A stretch of 64,000 nt of DNA from a bacterium (GTDB taxonomy: Bacteria; UBA8248): positions 1,376,001-1,440,000 of the forward strand of contig OY843592.1 in the NCBI GenBank assembly GCA_963692865.2, given 5' to 3'. Under the pieces are notes generated by a model. That model made no database searches. It saw only the letters and a list, made by a program, of their open reading frames with translations, and was not told the origin of the DNA. The translations under genes were made by a program, and so were the position numbers. This document shows positions 10,021-18,954 of this stretch, one piece after another. Within the stretch, counting starts at the first letter, position 1, and each line of letters begins with the position of its first letter.

Positions 10021-10142
10021 CCCCTGCCCCCTTGTCAGGGGGGTAAAAGCGATACCCTCTGGCGAGGACTTTTTCAACAACCCCGTGTACGGCTCCCGCA
10101 TTCCTCATCACACCGTAGGGGAGCGTTTATGAACGCTCCCAC
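10021..10142. repeat. palindromic repeat cluster (CCCCCTTGTCAGGGGGG element, TIR-like end, GTAG REP)
   Basis: cccccttgtcaggggggtaaaagcgat is also at ~16147; tttttcaacaacccc; gtaggggagcgtttatgaacgctcccac. Confidence 0.65.
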
Positions 10143-10317
10143 ATTCGTGAACGCCCCCTTGCCCGCCGTCCGCGGATGGGTGATGGTCGGCTTCTTGTGA
10201 GGTGGACGCGCCGACCCCGTTACGCCTCTCTTCACTCCACGAGGCGGAAAATAATAAAGCAATATGCTTGTAATTATACAAGCTAATTGCTATATTCTTT
10301 GTGGGGCGGAGAACGCA

Positions 10318-10578
10318 ATGTACGAGTTGACGTTCAAGCGGCAAGCCATCAAGGCCCTGCGAAAAATGCCTGCTCGGGCGGCCTTGCGTATTCGCCATGA
10401 GTTGGACGAGTTGGCGGAAAGCCCAGACAGGCGGGACTCGGATGTCAGCTCGCTAAGAGGACGCCCCGGTTTCAGATTGCGCGTCGGCGAAATGCGAATC
10501 ATTTTCGAGCGAGACGACGATGCCCGCGTCATCGACGTGGTGCGCATCGCTCAGCGCGGTCAGACTTATAAGCGCTAG
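10318..10578 (+). CDS. type II toxin, RelE/ParE family
   Basis: MYELTFKRQAIKALRKMP...LRGRPGFRLRVGEMRIIF...IAQRGQTY. Confidence 0.85.
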   Translation: MYELTFKRQAIKALRKMPARAALRIRHELDELAESPDRRDSDVSSLRGRPGFRLRVGEMRIIFERDDDARVIDVVRIAQRGQTYKR

Positions 10579-10587
10579 GAGAAGCCC

Positions 10588-10959
10588 ATGAACAAGCCGC
10601 AGGTTATTCTGGACGAGGGCGGCCGGCCCGCGTTCGCCGTCATCCCGTGGCGCGAGTATGAGCGCCTCTCGGACGGGGACGCCGAGGCGCTCCTGAGCGA
10701 TGAGGAACTCTACGATCGCGCCAGGGAGGAGGGGGGCGAGTCCTTTCCCGCCCGAATTGCGGATCGACTCTTGGCCGGTGAAAACCCTGTTCGCGTTTAT
10801 CGTAGTCATCGCGGCATGAAACAGGGCGAGCTGGCCGCCGCAGTCGGCATCCACCCGGTCTACCTCTCTCAAATCGAGACGGGAAAACGCACGGGCTCCG
10901 CGAAGACGCTGGCCGCCATCGCCGGGGCGCTGGGCGTCGCCGTGGACGATCTGCTCTAG
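10588..10959 (+). CDS. XRE-family HTH antitoxin (toxin-first, HigBA-like arrangement)
   Basis: PQVI...PAFAVIPWREYE N-terminus; HTH MKQGELAAAVGIHPVYLSQIETGKR. Confidence 0.85.
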   Translation: MNKPQVILDEGGRPAFAVIPWREYERLSDGDAEALLSDEELYDRAREEGGESFPARIADRLLAGENPVRVYRSHRGMKQGELAAAVGIHPVYLSQIETGKRTGSAKTLAAIAGALGVAVDDLL

Positions 10960-10976
10960 CGAAATGAGCGTTCGCG

Positions 10977-11336
10977 GAGTTGCTGAAAAACCCCGTATGG
11001 GATCCCTGCAAGTTGATAGTCCGTAGGGACAGGTCGCGACCTGTCCTAGACCCCCGCGCCTGTCCGAGGTCGCGACCTTGGCCCGCTTACAAGAACGGCC
11101 CACTACGAGGCGATTCGGCTTTTTTCGTCATTCCGGTGTCAGACCCGACCAATGCGGGAGGGTTTGCGGAATCCATTTTTAGCCTTTGTTTTTTATTTTC
11201 TGAATGGTTCTTGCCGATGACGAGGAGATAAAAAGCCGGCGTATTGTCATTCCGCTTTTGAATGGATTCCGGCTTTCGCCGGAATGACGACGGTGGTCGA
11301 TTTCGACCGACCGAGGATGACTTTTCCAAAAACCTC
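10977..11336. mobile_element. composite MITE-like element (TIR shell with GTAG REP pair and GTCATTCC...GGAATGAC element)
   Basis: Left gagttgctgaaaaa, right cttttccaaaaacctc; inside gtagggacaggtcgcgacctgtcc and cgtcattccgg...tggattccggctttcgccggaatgacg. Confidence 0.55.
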
Positions 11337-11669
11337 ACGAACGCCCCACTTTCGCGAACATTTCTGCTTATTGTTTGACGAACAAGATCACAAAAAACGA
11401 CCTCCCGACTACTCCGCCAACGGATTGCGAAGCGGAGAGGACCCCTTGGTCCCTTGTCATCGGGGAGGAACCTTTAGACCATTAAGCAACAATATACTTC
11501 ACCCGGTATACGGGCTCCAGAGGCGGCGCGCATCCCGTAGGGGCAGTTCGCGAACAACCCCTTCGTCTCCATAATCGGTTGTTCCCCTCGACCTTGCCCG
11601 CTGCGCGTGGATGGGCGATAGTCGGCGCTTTCTGGTGTGCGGTTGGTCATTCAAGGAAAGGAAAACGCG

Positions 11670-12386
11670 ATGACGTATTTCTACAAGACCGACGAGATGG
11701 AGAAGAACCTCGCGGGCGCTGCCTACAGCTCGGCGGCGGGCGCGTGGGTGACGGGCGAGCGGCTCATATTCGGCAAGATGCGGATGCCCGCCGGCACGCG
11801 CTCGAGCGCGCACGCCCACGCGAACGAGCAGTTCGGCTACTGCCTCGCCGGCAGCTCCCGCCTGAACATCGAAGGTGACGTGCATGTCCTGACGCCCGGC
11901 GACATCGCCTACCGGCCCGCCAACGCCGTGCACGAGGCCGAGATACTGGGCGATACGGACTACGAGTTCATCGTGGCGAAAGACACCGCGACGACGATAG
12001 AAGGCACGCCCACGGAGATGAAACGGACCGCCGAGCACGTCCCTTACTTCTACGACACCGAGGCGATGGAAAAAGGCCTCGCCGGCGAGGCCTACAGCCC
12101 GACCGAGGGCGTCTGGGTTACGGGCGAGCGAATCATTTTCGGGAAAATGCGCATCCCGCCGGGCGGGAAGGCCGCGCCGCACTCCCACCCCAACGAGCAG
12201 TTCGCCATCGTCTTGTCGGGCGCCTGCCGCGCGACCATCGGCGGCGTGACCGAAACCGTCACCGCGGGCGACATCGTCCACATGCCCGCCGACGTCGTCC
12301 ACTCGGTCGAAATCCTGGGCGATGAGGACTACGTCTTCGTGACGGCCAAGGACACGTCGTGGGGGATTCAGGGGATTAGGGTGTAG
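11670..12386 (+). CDS. bicupin (tandem cupin domain) protein
   Basis: Two similar halves with HAHANEQ/HSHPNEQ and PANAVH/PADVVH cupin motifs; ATG 11670 after a purine-rich RBS. Confidence 0.88.
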   Translation: MTYFYKTDEMEKNLAGAAYSSAAGAWVTGERLIFGKMRMPAGTRSSAHAHANEQFGYCLAGSSRLNIEGDVHVLTPGDIAYRPANAVHEAEILGDTDYEFIVAKDTATTIEGTPTEMKRTAEHVPYFYDTEAMEKGLAGEAYSPTEGVWVTGERIIFGKMRIPPGGKAAPHSHPNEQFAIVLSGACRATIGGVTETVTAGDIVHMPADVVHSVEILGDEDYVFVTAKDTSWGIQGIRV

Positions 12387-12414
12387 GGCGGAGAGACTGA
12401 GATTCACGCTACTC

Positions 12415-13320
12415 TTATTTTGGTTTCACTCCTGCGTTTGTCGCGGCTACGATTTTTTTCTGCTTGGTGATATTTGGAGTAGATTTCTTAGTCACCTGAG
12501 CAAGTGCTGCACGCGTAGATACAGCGTCGATATTTGCTTTCACAATTTGGTCGAGTTCGCTCCCGTTAGTATATATAGCCGGGGCCACACAATTAACACG
12601 GCCTTCCGTGTAGTATCGATGTGCTTTGTTTTGGGCACCCCTGGTTTTTGGCTTGTACACTGCTATGGACAAACCACCTTCCTCCTTGACCAATCGAAAA
12701 CAAGGAATATCTGTCTCCCCATCCCCAATGAAGATCATGTTTTCGAACGGTATTGGGCGCTTATGCTTTTCGACAAACTGGTTGACCTTCCCGTCGTCGC
12801 TGAGGTCGTGTGCACCCTTGTTGATGCGGAAGAGGTACTGGGTCTTCGTCGTGTAGTTGATGGCTAACGCTGGCCACTCGGCTACACCATTTTCATCAAA
12901 TATAAACTTTGAGGCGTAGACTTCTTTGAATTTCGATGCGATTTTCGTGCCCGCAAAAATCTCGGCATTACCGGAGGAAATCAGATAATGTTCTACGTTT
13001 ACGCTCTTGGTACGGCCATATTGAGTAATCCGGTCGAACCATTCATCAACGCCTTCAAAGAGCTTAATTCCTTGACCGTGTTTCTTGAAATCTTCTCGCC
13101 GGACAGGAACGCCCGCCGCCGCAGCTTTTCTCAGCATTAAGTTCATGTAGACGAGAACCCCATCGGCTTGGTGCTTCTTGGTCCAACTAGTGACCTCGTC
13201 CCAGAATTTTTTGGGTTTCATGCCGATGTCTGGTATGAACTGGCGTTCCTGCATGTTTCCAGGGGCGAGGGTGCCGTCGAAGTCGTAAGCGATTGCCATG
13301 GAAGTGTTTTTTTTCGGCAT
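12415..13320 (-). CDS. HAD-family hydrolase
   Basis: Motif I YDFDGTL, ISSG, K of NYTTKTQYLFRINKG, motif IV IGDGETD; lower GC than neighbours. Confidence 0.85.
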   Translation of the reverse strand: MPKKNTSMAIAYDFDGTLAPGNMQERQFIPDIGMKPKKFWDEVTSWTKKHQADGVLVYMNLMLRKAAAAGVPVRREDFKKHGQGIKLFEGVDEWFDRITQYGRTKSVNVEHYLISSGNAEIFAGTKIASKFKEVYASKFIFDENGVAEWPALAINYTTKTQYLFRINKGAHDLSDDGKVNQFVEKHKRPIPFENMIFIGDGETDIPCFRLVKEEGGLSIAVYKPKTRGAQNKAHRYYTEGRVNCVAPAIYTNGSELDQIVKANIDAVSTRAALAQVTKKSTPNITKQKKIVAATNAGVKPK

Positions 13321-13677
13321 TAGTGCACCCCCCTCTTACCTGCCCCGAACAACGAATTTTACGTTACGCTACGTTTCAGACGGATGATGGTCTTGAGTTT
13401 TTCAATCCTTTCATCAAGTTCTTGCTAGATTTCGACCTATCTCACCGCACACCCAGTGGTGACTCAAAAAATATGGATACTCTGCAAAGAGAGTATCCGT
13501 TCGAAGTGAAGATTATTACCACAATATGTGGTGTGGTGGCAATGTATGCCTATCACATATTTAGTTTTTCATATTTTATTTTGCGCTCAATGGTGCGTCC
13601 GTCTAGTATCGGCAATCGATTTGAAAGATGGAACGAATAAAGCTGGAAAAACTACTTACTCATCCGCTCCCCTCGCT

Positions 13678-13935
13678 CTAATTAGCCCTTTTCATCGCCT
13701 GCGCGAAGTCGTAATCCGTCTGTAGGCCATACCACACCTCGGCGCCTCCGCCGAAAGCCTTGTCCAGGCGAATCGCCATCTCGGGCGGTATGCCCGAACG
13801 GCAGTTGACGAGGCTCGATAACTGTTTTCGGCTCACGCCGAGTCTCCGCGCGGCTTCCGTTACGCTTAAAGAAAGCGGGTCCAGGCAGTCATGGCGAATG
13901 GAAGGCCCCGGATGGGGCGGGTTCTTCATGGGCAT
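13678..13935 (-). CDS. higA: HigA-family antitoxin (orphan)
   Basis: [10 protein letters not shown]...[22 protein letters not shown]...[12 protein letters not shown]...WYGLQTDYD; no HigB upstream. Confidence 0.8.
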   Translation of the reverse strand: MPMKNPPHPGPSIRHDCLDPLSLSVTEAARRLGVSRKQLSSLVNCRSGIPPEMAIRLDKAFGGGAEVWYGLQTDYDFAQAMKRAN

Positions 13936-14024
13936 TTCTCAAATTTCCTCCTGTGACAAACCAAGATAATCATTTCGGCGTTGACTTTACCACGTAACCG
14001 AATTTTTCTTATATTCAATACAAA

Positions 14025-14080
14025 GGATTGGGACTTGCCCGGTCGACAAGAAGGCCCTGGAATTTTCGGGGCTTTTTTGT
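14025..14080 (+). ncRNA. candidate small RNA/leader with terminator, resembling the abiF RNA motif
   Basis: -10-like tatatt at 14010, then ggattgggacttgcccggtcgacaagaaggccc and hairpin ggccctggaattttcggggctttttt; motif identity is from recall only. Confidence 0.35.
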
Positions 14081-14082
14081 TT

Positions 14083-14745
14083 CTATGGCCCGAGTCTCTC
14101 GACCCGCCACCCACCGTCCGCCTCCAACGTGTAGCGCACCCTGTCGTGGAGGCGGCTGTCGCGGTGCTGCCAGAATTCCACGCAACGGGGTTTTAAGACA
14201 TAACCGCCCCAGTGGGGGGGACGCGGCACGTCGCGGCCCGCGTATTCGGTTTCCAGTGCGCGCTCGTTTTCTTCTAGGGAGGCGCGGGAGGGGACCACGC
14301 GGCTCTGGGGCGACGCCCACGCGCCTATCCGGCTGGCCCGCGGGCGGGTGGCGAAATAGGCGTCGGAAAACTCTTCGGGCAGTTTTTCTACTGAGCCCTC
14401 CACGCGCACCTGCCGGGCGGGGGGCTTCCAGTGGAAGACGAGGGCGGCCCTCGCGTCGCGCGCAAGCTGCTCGCCCTTGTCGCTCTCATAGTTCGTGAAG
14501 AAGGGAAAGTCGGGCTCCGCGTAGCCGAGATCCGAGAGGTCTTTGTAGAGTACAATCCGCGCCGCGGGCGCGCCGTCCGGCCCCAGCGTGGCGAGCGTCA
14601 TCGCGTCCTCACGGGGGATGCCTGCGCTCTTCGCCTGCGCGTACCAGCGGCGGAATTGCGCGATGGGGTCGCTGTCGACGCTCGCGACGTCGAGGGCTTC
14701 CGCTGCCATCTGTTCGATAAGTTCGTTGTTCAACTCGTTCATCAT
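14083..14745 (-). CDS. pdxH: pyridoxamine 5'-phosphate oxidase
   Basis: AMTLAT, ARIVLYK, FFTNYESDKG, RQVRVEG, YFATRPRASRIGAWASPQS, EFWQHRDSRLHDR. Confidence 0.95.
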   Translation of the reverse strand: MMNELNNELIEQMAAEALDVASVDSDPIAQFRRWYAQAKSAGIPREDAMTLATLGPDGAPAARIVLYKDLSDLGYAEPDFPFFTNYESDKGEQLARDARAALVFHWKPPARQVRVEGSVEKLPEEFSDAYFATRPRASRIGAWASPQSRVVPSRASLEENERALETEYAGRDVPRPPHWGGYVLKPRCVEFWQHRDSRLHDRVRYTLEADGGWRVERLGP

Positions 14746-14880
14746 TCAATGCTCAATCAGGCGGCGGATTCGGGAGTGTGGAAGAAGTCCCCCGAAAACA
14801 GAGAATGGATTTCTCAATCGCCATACGATTATGAAATGACGCCTTCTTGAGGGTCATCACCAATTCACGAGAGTACAAAG

Positions 14881-15055
14881 AACCACTCCCCCTTGAGGGG
14901 GAGTCAGTGAGCTAAGGGCGCAAGCCCGCAAGCGAACTGGTGGGGGGAGTTTTTTATTTGTTGAGAATCAATTCATTTTAGAACCATCCCCCCACCGAAT
15001 CGGCCTTCGCCCAAGGGCTCGGCCTCTTCGACTCCCCCTCAAGGGGGGAGTGGTT
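14881..15055. mobile_element. MITE-like element with ACTCCCCC(C)TTGAGGGGGAGTC terminal inverted repeats
   Basis: aaccactcccccttgagggggagtc ... gactccccctcaaggggggagtggtt; second copy at 29569-29754. Confidence 0.75.
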
Positions 15056-15158
15056 GTTGGTTGCTCTATAAGGGGGAGTGATGTCTCCTCCCTCCGCGCT
15101 TGGCTCCATACTTAAAATCACTCAACCAACACTTTTTTAACAGCTCCATTCAGCGACC

Positions 15159-15629
15159 CTATTTCCCCCCCGCCACGCCGACCTGCACGATGCGGGGCTT
15201 GTCCACGCCGGCGGCGCCCACGTACTTGAATGACTTCCCGTCCAGTACGCGCGGCTGAAAGCCCTGGACGACGACCTTCTTCGCTCCGCTCAGGAGCGCG
15301 GCGAAGGGCGCGGCCTGCGACTTGGCCTTGGGGTCGGTGGGGAACTTGAACTTCACGTCCGGGAAATTGGTGAACTCTATCCGGCCCTTCGCATCGCTCA
15401 CCCAGAACTCCGATATCGCCGATTCTTTCGCCACCCCGGCGAGGACGGCGTTGATTTCTTTTTTGCCCATGCCCGCCTTGACGGCCGCCGCGATGAAGTG
15501 CGCCGTCAGCTTGGCCTGCGCGACCATGTGCTTCGAGACGGCGTCGTCCATCGCGCGGGCCGTATTCACGCCGACGCCCAGGGTGAGGCAAAGGCTCAGG
15601 ATCACAGCGGCCAGAATGGTTTTTCTCAT
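15159..15629 (-). CDS. secreted stand-alone Cache/PDC-like sensor-domain protein
   Basis: Signal peptide; ISEFWVSDAKGRI...FKYVGAAGVDKPRIVQVG resembles extracellular sensor domains of chemoreceptors. Confidence 0.65.
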   Translation of the reverse strand: MRKTILAAVILSLCLTLGVGVNTARAMDDAVSKHMVAQAKLTAHFIAAAVKAGMGKKEINAVLAGVAKESAISEFWVSDAKGRIEFTNFPDVKFKFPTDPKAKSQAAPFAALLSGAKKVVVQGFQPRVLDGKSFKYVGAAGVDKPRIVQVGVAGGK

Positions 15630-15716
15630 CTTCCTCTCCTCATGGTTTCGGCGAACGCGGGAAGTTTTCCTCGAGATTCCGGCGGATGATACTAGGCGCG
15701 GAAACCAGCGCGCAAG

Positions 15717-16200
15717 GGAGGTGTTGAAAAAGCTCCCCTGAGGAGGGGGGTGGGGGTCGAACCCGACCGGGGAGGGGTTGTTGAAAAAACCCGTTTCGGA
15801 AGCGGGCGGTATGGAGGTTCACGTGGCGTGGGTGGGCGCGATGGTTTTGTAGCCGGACAACCCCTCCTCGGGGTTGTCCGGCCCTCCGTGGTTGTCCTTC
15901 GTCAGGACAGGCACGGAGGCCTGTCCCTACGGTGAACAATTCAATGATCGGGATTCCCTCCCTCCTCGGTCGGAAGTCACTCCTCGGGAGCGCCCTTCGA
16001 TACGCCGCCTCCGGCGGCTACTCAGGGTGAGGAGAAGGGGGTTTGCGGTCTCGGCGCTGTTCAGGGTGAGGAGAACAAACAACCCCCTCATCCCGAGTAG
16101 GCCCGCAAGGGCCGTATCGAGGGACGCCGGAAAACGACCCCCTGTTCCCCCTTGTCAGGGGGGTAAAAGCGATGCCCCCGACGAGGGGTTTTTTTACCAC
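15717..16200. repeat. cluster of palindromic repeats within TIR-like ends
   Basis: ggtgttgaaaaa/ggggttgttgaaaaa ends, ggacaggcacggaggcctgtccctac, an inverted cccttcgatacg...ctactc pair, cccccttgtcagggggg. Confidence 0.6.
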
Positions 16201-16233
16201 TGCGCAAGGGGGCGGCTCTCCGCCGCTCCGCGC

Positions 16234-16923
16234 TCAGGAACCCTTTTTCATCGCCTGGACGTCGTTCTGCGCGGGGTCGTTGGGGTGCACCCTGTCGGGC
16301 ATGATGTAGGGGGCCTGCATCTCGAAGATGTCCTGCGTGCGGCAGTACCGGGGGCCGCCCAGCCTGCCCACGGGCTGGAGCTTCGCCGGGTCGATGTATG
16401 CCTTCTCCTCGTCGGTGAGTATCAGATCCTCGCGCACGTGCCAGCGCAGCACTTCTCCGATAATGAGGTGCGTCACCCATTCGTCTCCGAAGGGGATCAT
16501 TCTCTCGAAGCGGCACTCCATCGCCACGGGCGCGTCCTTGATGCGCGGCGCGTCCACGAGGTCTGCGGGCACGGTCTCCAGGCCCGCCGCCTCGAACTCG
16601 CTCTCGTCCGGCGCGTAGTTGCCCGCGCAGACGTTCATCGCCTCCTCCCAGCCGTTCACCACCGTGTGGATGACGTAGCCCCTGGTGTCCAGGATGTTGC
16701 GCGCGGTGTCCTTGGGCTTGTTCTCGCGCTCGCCGACGGAAATCGACGCCATCGGCGGCTGGTGCGACACCATGGTGAAGAAGCTGAAAGGCGCGAGGTT
16801 CGGAACGCCGGCCTCGCTCATCGTGCTCACCCAGGCGATGGGCCGAGGGACGACCGAGCCGATGAGCAGGCGATAGATTTGCGAGTGGTCTATCTCGCGG
16901 GCATCGAAGACGCGGTAGTTCAT
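16234..16923 (-). CDS. flavin reductase family protein (DIM6/NTAB-like)
   Basis: YRLLIGSVVPRPIAWVST, NLAPFSFF, KDTARNI, PVGRLGGPRY. Confidence 0.9.
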   Translation of the reverse strand: MNYRVFDAREIDHSQIYRLLIGSVVPRPIAWVSTMSEAGVPNLAPFSFFTMVSHQPPMASISVGERENKPKDTARNILDTRGYVIHTVVNGWEEAMNVCAGNYAPDESEFEAAGLETVPADLVDAPRIKDAPVAMECRFERMIPFGDEWVTHLIIGEVLRWHVREDLILTDEEKAYIDPAKLQPVGRLGGPRYCRTQDIFEMQAPYIMPDRVHPNDPAQNDVQAMKKGS

Positions 16924-16932
16924 GTTTTGTCC

Positions 16933-18054
16933 TTACCTCGTGAGGGGGGAGGGCGCGGGTTCGCTCTCGGGGGATTCGAGCCGCGCGGGGTTCGTGTCTT
17001 TTAAGAGCGGCATCACCTCGCGCCCGAAAATCCCGGCTTCCTCCAGATGCGGCCAGCCGGAGAGGATGAAGTTGCGGACGCCCAGGTCGACGTATTCCTT
17101 AAGCGCCGCGGCCAGCATCTCCGGCGTGCCGACCAGCATGGCCGCCGCGCCCGAGCGCACCTTGTTCACGCCCATCCAGAGGGTATCGGTGAGCCAGGGG
17201 GAGCCGCCCTCATACAACTCGTTCATGCGGCGCTGGCCCTCGCTCTCGGAACGGTTCCGCTGGTCGGCCCACATCCCCGTGTTCTCGAGCGCGCTGTCCT
17301 CTAAAAGCGCCTCCGCCGCGCGGCGGGCCTCGCGTTTGCTCTCGCGGCACATCACGTGAAGGCGCAAGCCGAAGCGGAGGTCGCCGCGGCCTGCTTCCTC
17401 CGCGCGGCGGCGCATGTCGGCCGCGTCCTCGGCCACCTGCTCCGGCGCCACCGCCCACATCATGTGAACGTCGGCGTGCTTGGCGCCCACGCGGCGGCCG
17501 GCTTCGGAGCTGCCGCCCAGGAATATCGTGGGATGGGGCTTAGATACCGGCCTGGCGTAGAGCGTGGCGTTCTCGATTTGGTAGTATTCGCCCGAGTAGT
17601 TCACCGGCGCATCGCTCCTCCAGAGCGCCTTCACGACGTCCAGGAACTCCTCCGTCCGCGCGTAGCGCTCCGCGTGGGCGAGGTGATCGCCGTAGCGTTT
17701 CTGATCCACCGGCGTGGAGCCCGTCACCACGTTCACCGTGAGCCGCCCGCCCGTTACGGCGTCATACGTGTTTGCCTGCTGGGCGGTGAGCACGGGGCTG
17801 GCAAGTCCGGGCCGGAAGGCCACGCAGAACTTGATGCGGTCCGTGCGCTCCGCGACGGCCAGGGTGATCATCCAGGCGTCGAGGCAATGCGTGCCCGTCG
17901 GCACGAGCAGGTTCACGAAGCCCGCCGCTTCCGCCGCGCGCGCGACTTCTGAGATATACTCCACCGTCGGGGGACGCTCCGGCGTCTTGGCGTTGATGGT
18001 GTGCCCGTCGCCGTATCTTCCCGTCGGCAGAAACCATGCGTATTCGGTGCTCAT
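16933..18054 (-). CDS. LLM-class flavin-dependent monooxygenase (SsuD-like)
   Basis: WFLPT, AAEAAGF..LLVPTG..CLDAW, VAFRPG, GGRLTVNVVTG, FLGGSSEAG, FILSGWPHLEEA. Confidence 0.9.
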   Translation of the reverse strand: MSTEYAWFLPTGRYGDGHTINAKTPERPPTVEYISEVARAAEAAGFVNLLVPTGTHCLDAWMITLAVAERTDRIKFCVAFRPGLASPVLTAQQANTYDAVTGGRLTVNVVTGSTPVDQKRYGDHLAHAERYARTEEFLDVVKALWRSDAPVNYSGEYYQIENATLYARPVSKPHPTIFLGGSSEAGRRVGAKHADVHMMWAVAPEQVAEDAADMRRRAEEAGRGDLRFGLRLHVMCRESKREARRAAEALLEDSALENTGMWADQRNRSESEGQRRMNELYEGGSPWLTDTLWMGVNKVRSGAAAMLVGTPEMLAAALKEYVDLGVRNFILSGWPHLEEAGIFGREVMPLLKDTNPARLESPESEPAPSPLTR

Positions 18055-18063
18055 GCGGTTTTT

Positions 18064-18798
18064 CTATCCTTTGCGTCGCTTTGTGGTGGCCCTGCGCGGA
18101 CGACGCCCGCGGGCAACCCGCTTTATCAAGCGTTTAAGCTCTTTCATCTCCAGCCATGGCTGCTTCGCATGGATCATACTGTGGCAATTCGAACACAGTA
18201 AAACCAGATCGTTTAAGCGAGTCACGCTTCCGGGCTTCAAATCGCGCAACGGCTTGGTGTGGTGGCACTCGATGAAGCCTTCGCCTCTTTCTTCTCCATA
18301 CTTTTCCGTGAACTCGAACCCGCACGCTTCACAGACTAGCCGACCACTTTCTCGGCGTACTTTTTCCTTCTTCTTTTGGGCGAGTTTACGGTTTCGCTCT
18401 CGGACGATATGAGACTTGGTAAGAATTTTCCCCTCGGGAGCCTCGGCGATGAAGCCCATCAACTCCGTATCTTGCGCCGGTCCCGACTTTTGATCCGCCT
18501 TGAAATGTTGTTTTATGGTGTTGGCCGTGGAGCTTAGCCTGTCCGGGTCATCGGCGAACTCATCCCACACTTCTTGAACGAGTTTGGAACCCGATTCAAG
18601 ACCTTTGTGATCATTACTAGGATCATGAAAGGCGAAATTCCCTAATCTTGTCCGCACACTACCTTCGGATCTCCTCAAAAGGTTACACAATTCCTTGAAC
18701 TTTTCGGGGTCGCTCTTAAGGGGATTTTCTCCGAGGGAAAAATAGTCATTCAGCGTCAGAATTACTTCATCCCTGGTCCAATTATTTCGTTTGCTCAA
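18064..18798 (-). CDS. HNH endonuclease (McrA-like)
   Basis: NWTRDEVIL N-terminus; ERN..L, CEACGF, IECHHTKPL, LLCSNCHSMIH; TTG start after GGAGG; low GC. Confidence 0.82.
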   Translation of the reverse strand: MSKRNNWTRDEVILTLNDYFSLGENPLKSDPEKFKELCNLLRRSEGSVRTRLGNFAFHDPSNDHKGLESGSKLVQEVWDEFADDPDRLSSTANTIKQHFKADQKSGPAQDTELMGFIAEAPEGKILTKSHIVRERNRKLAQKKKEKVRRESGRLVCEACGFEFTEKYGEERGEGFIECHHTKPLRDLKPGSVTRLNDLVLLCSNCHSMIHAKQPWLEMKELKRLIKRVARGRRPRRATTKRRKG

Positions 18799-18871
18799 GC
18801 CCTTTCCTCCGCTTCGACTCGCTCCCGTTTCAACATCCCGAACGGTCGGCGATCCCCCGCGATGCGGACGG

Positions 18872-18899
18872 AAAAAGGCGGCCCGCCGCATGGGCCGCC
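18872..18899 (-). terminator. rho-independent terminator after the selenoprotein gene
   Basis: Minus strand ggcggccc-atgcggc-gggccgcc-ttttt. Confidence 0.65.
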
Positions 18900-18954
18900 C
18901 GCGCGTCCGCACATCGTTTGCGCCCCTCTCACGAGAGGCGGAAGCATCTTTTTG

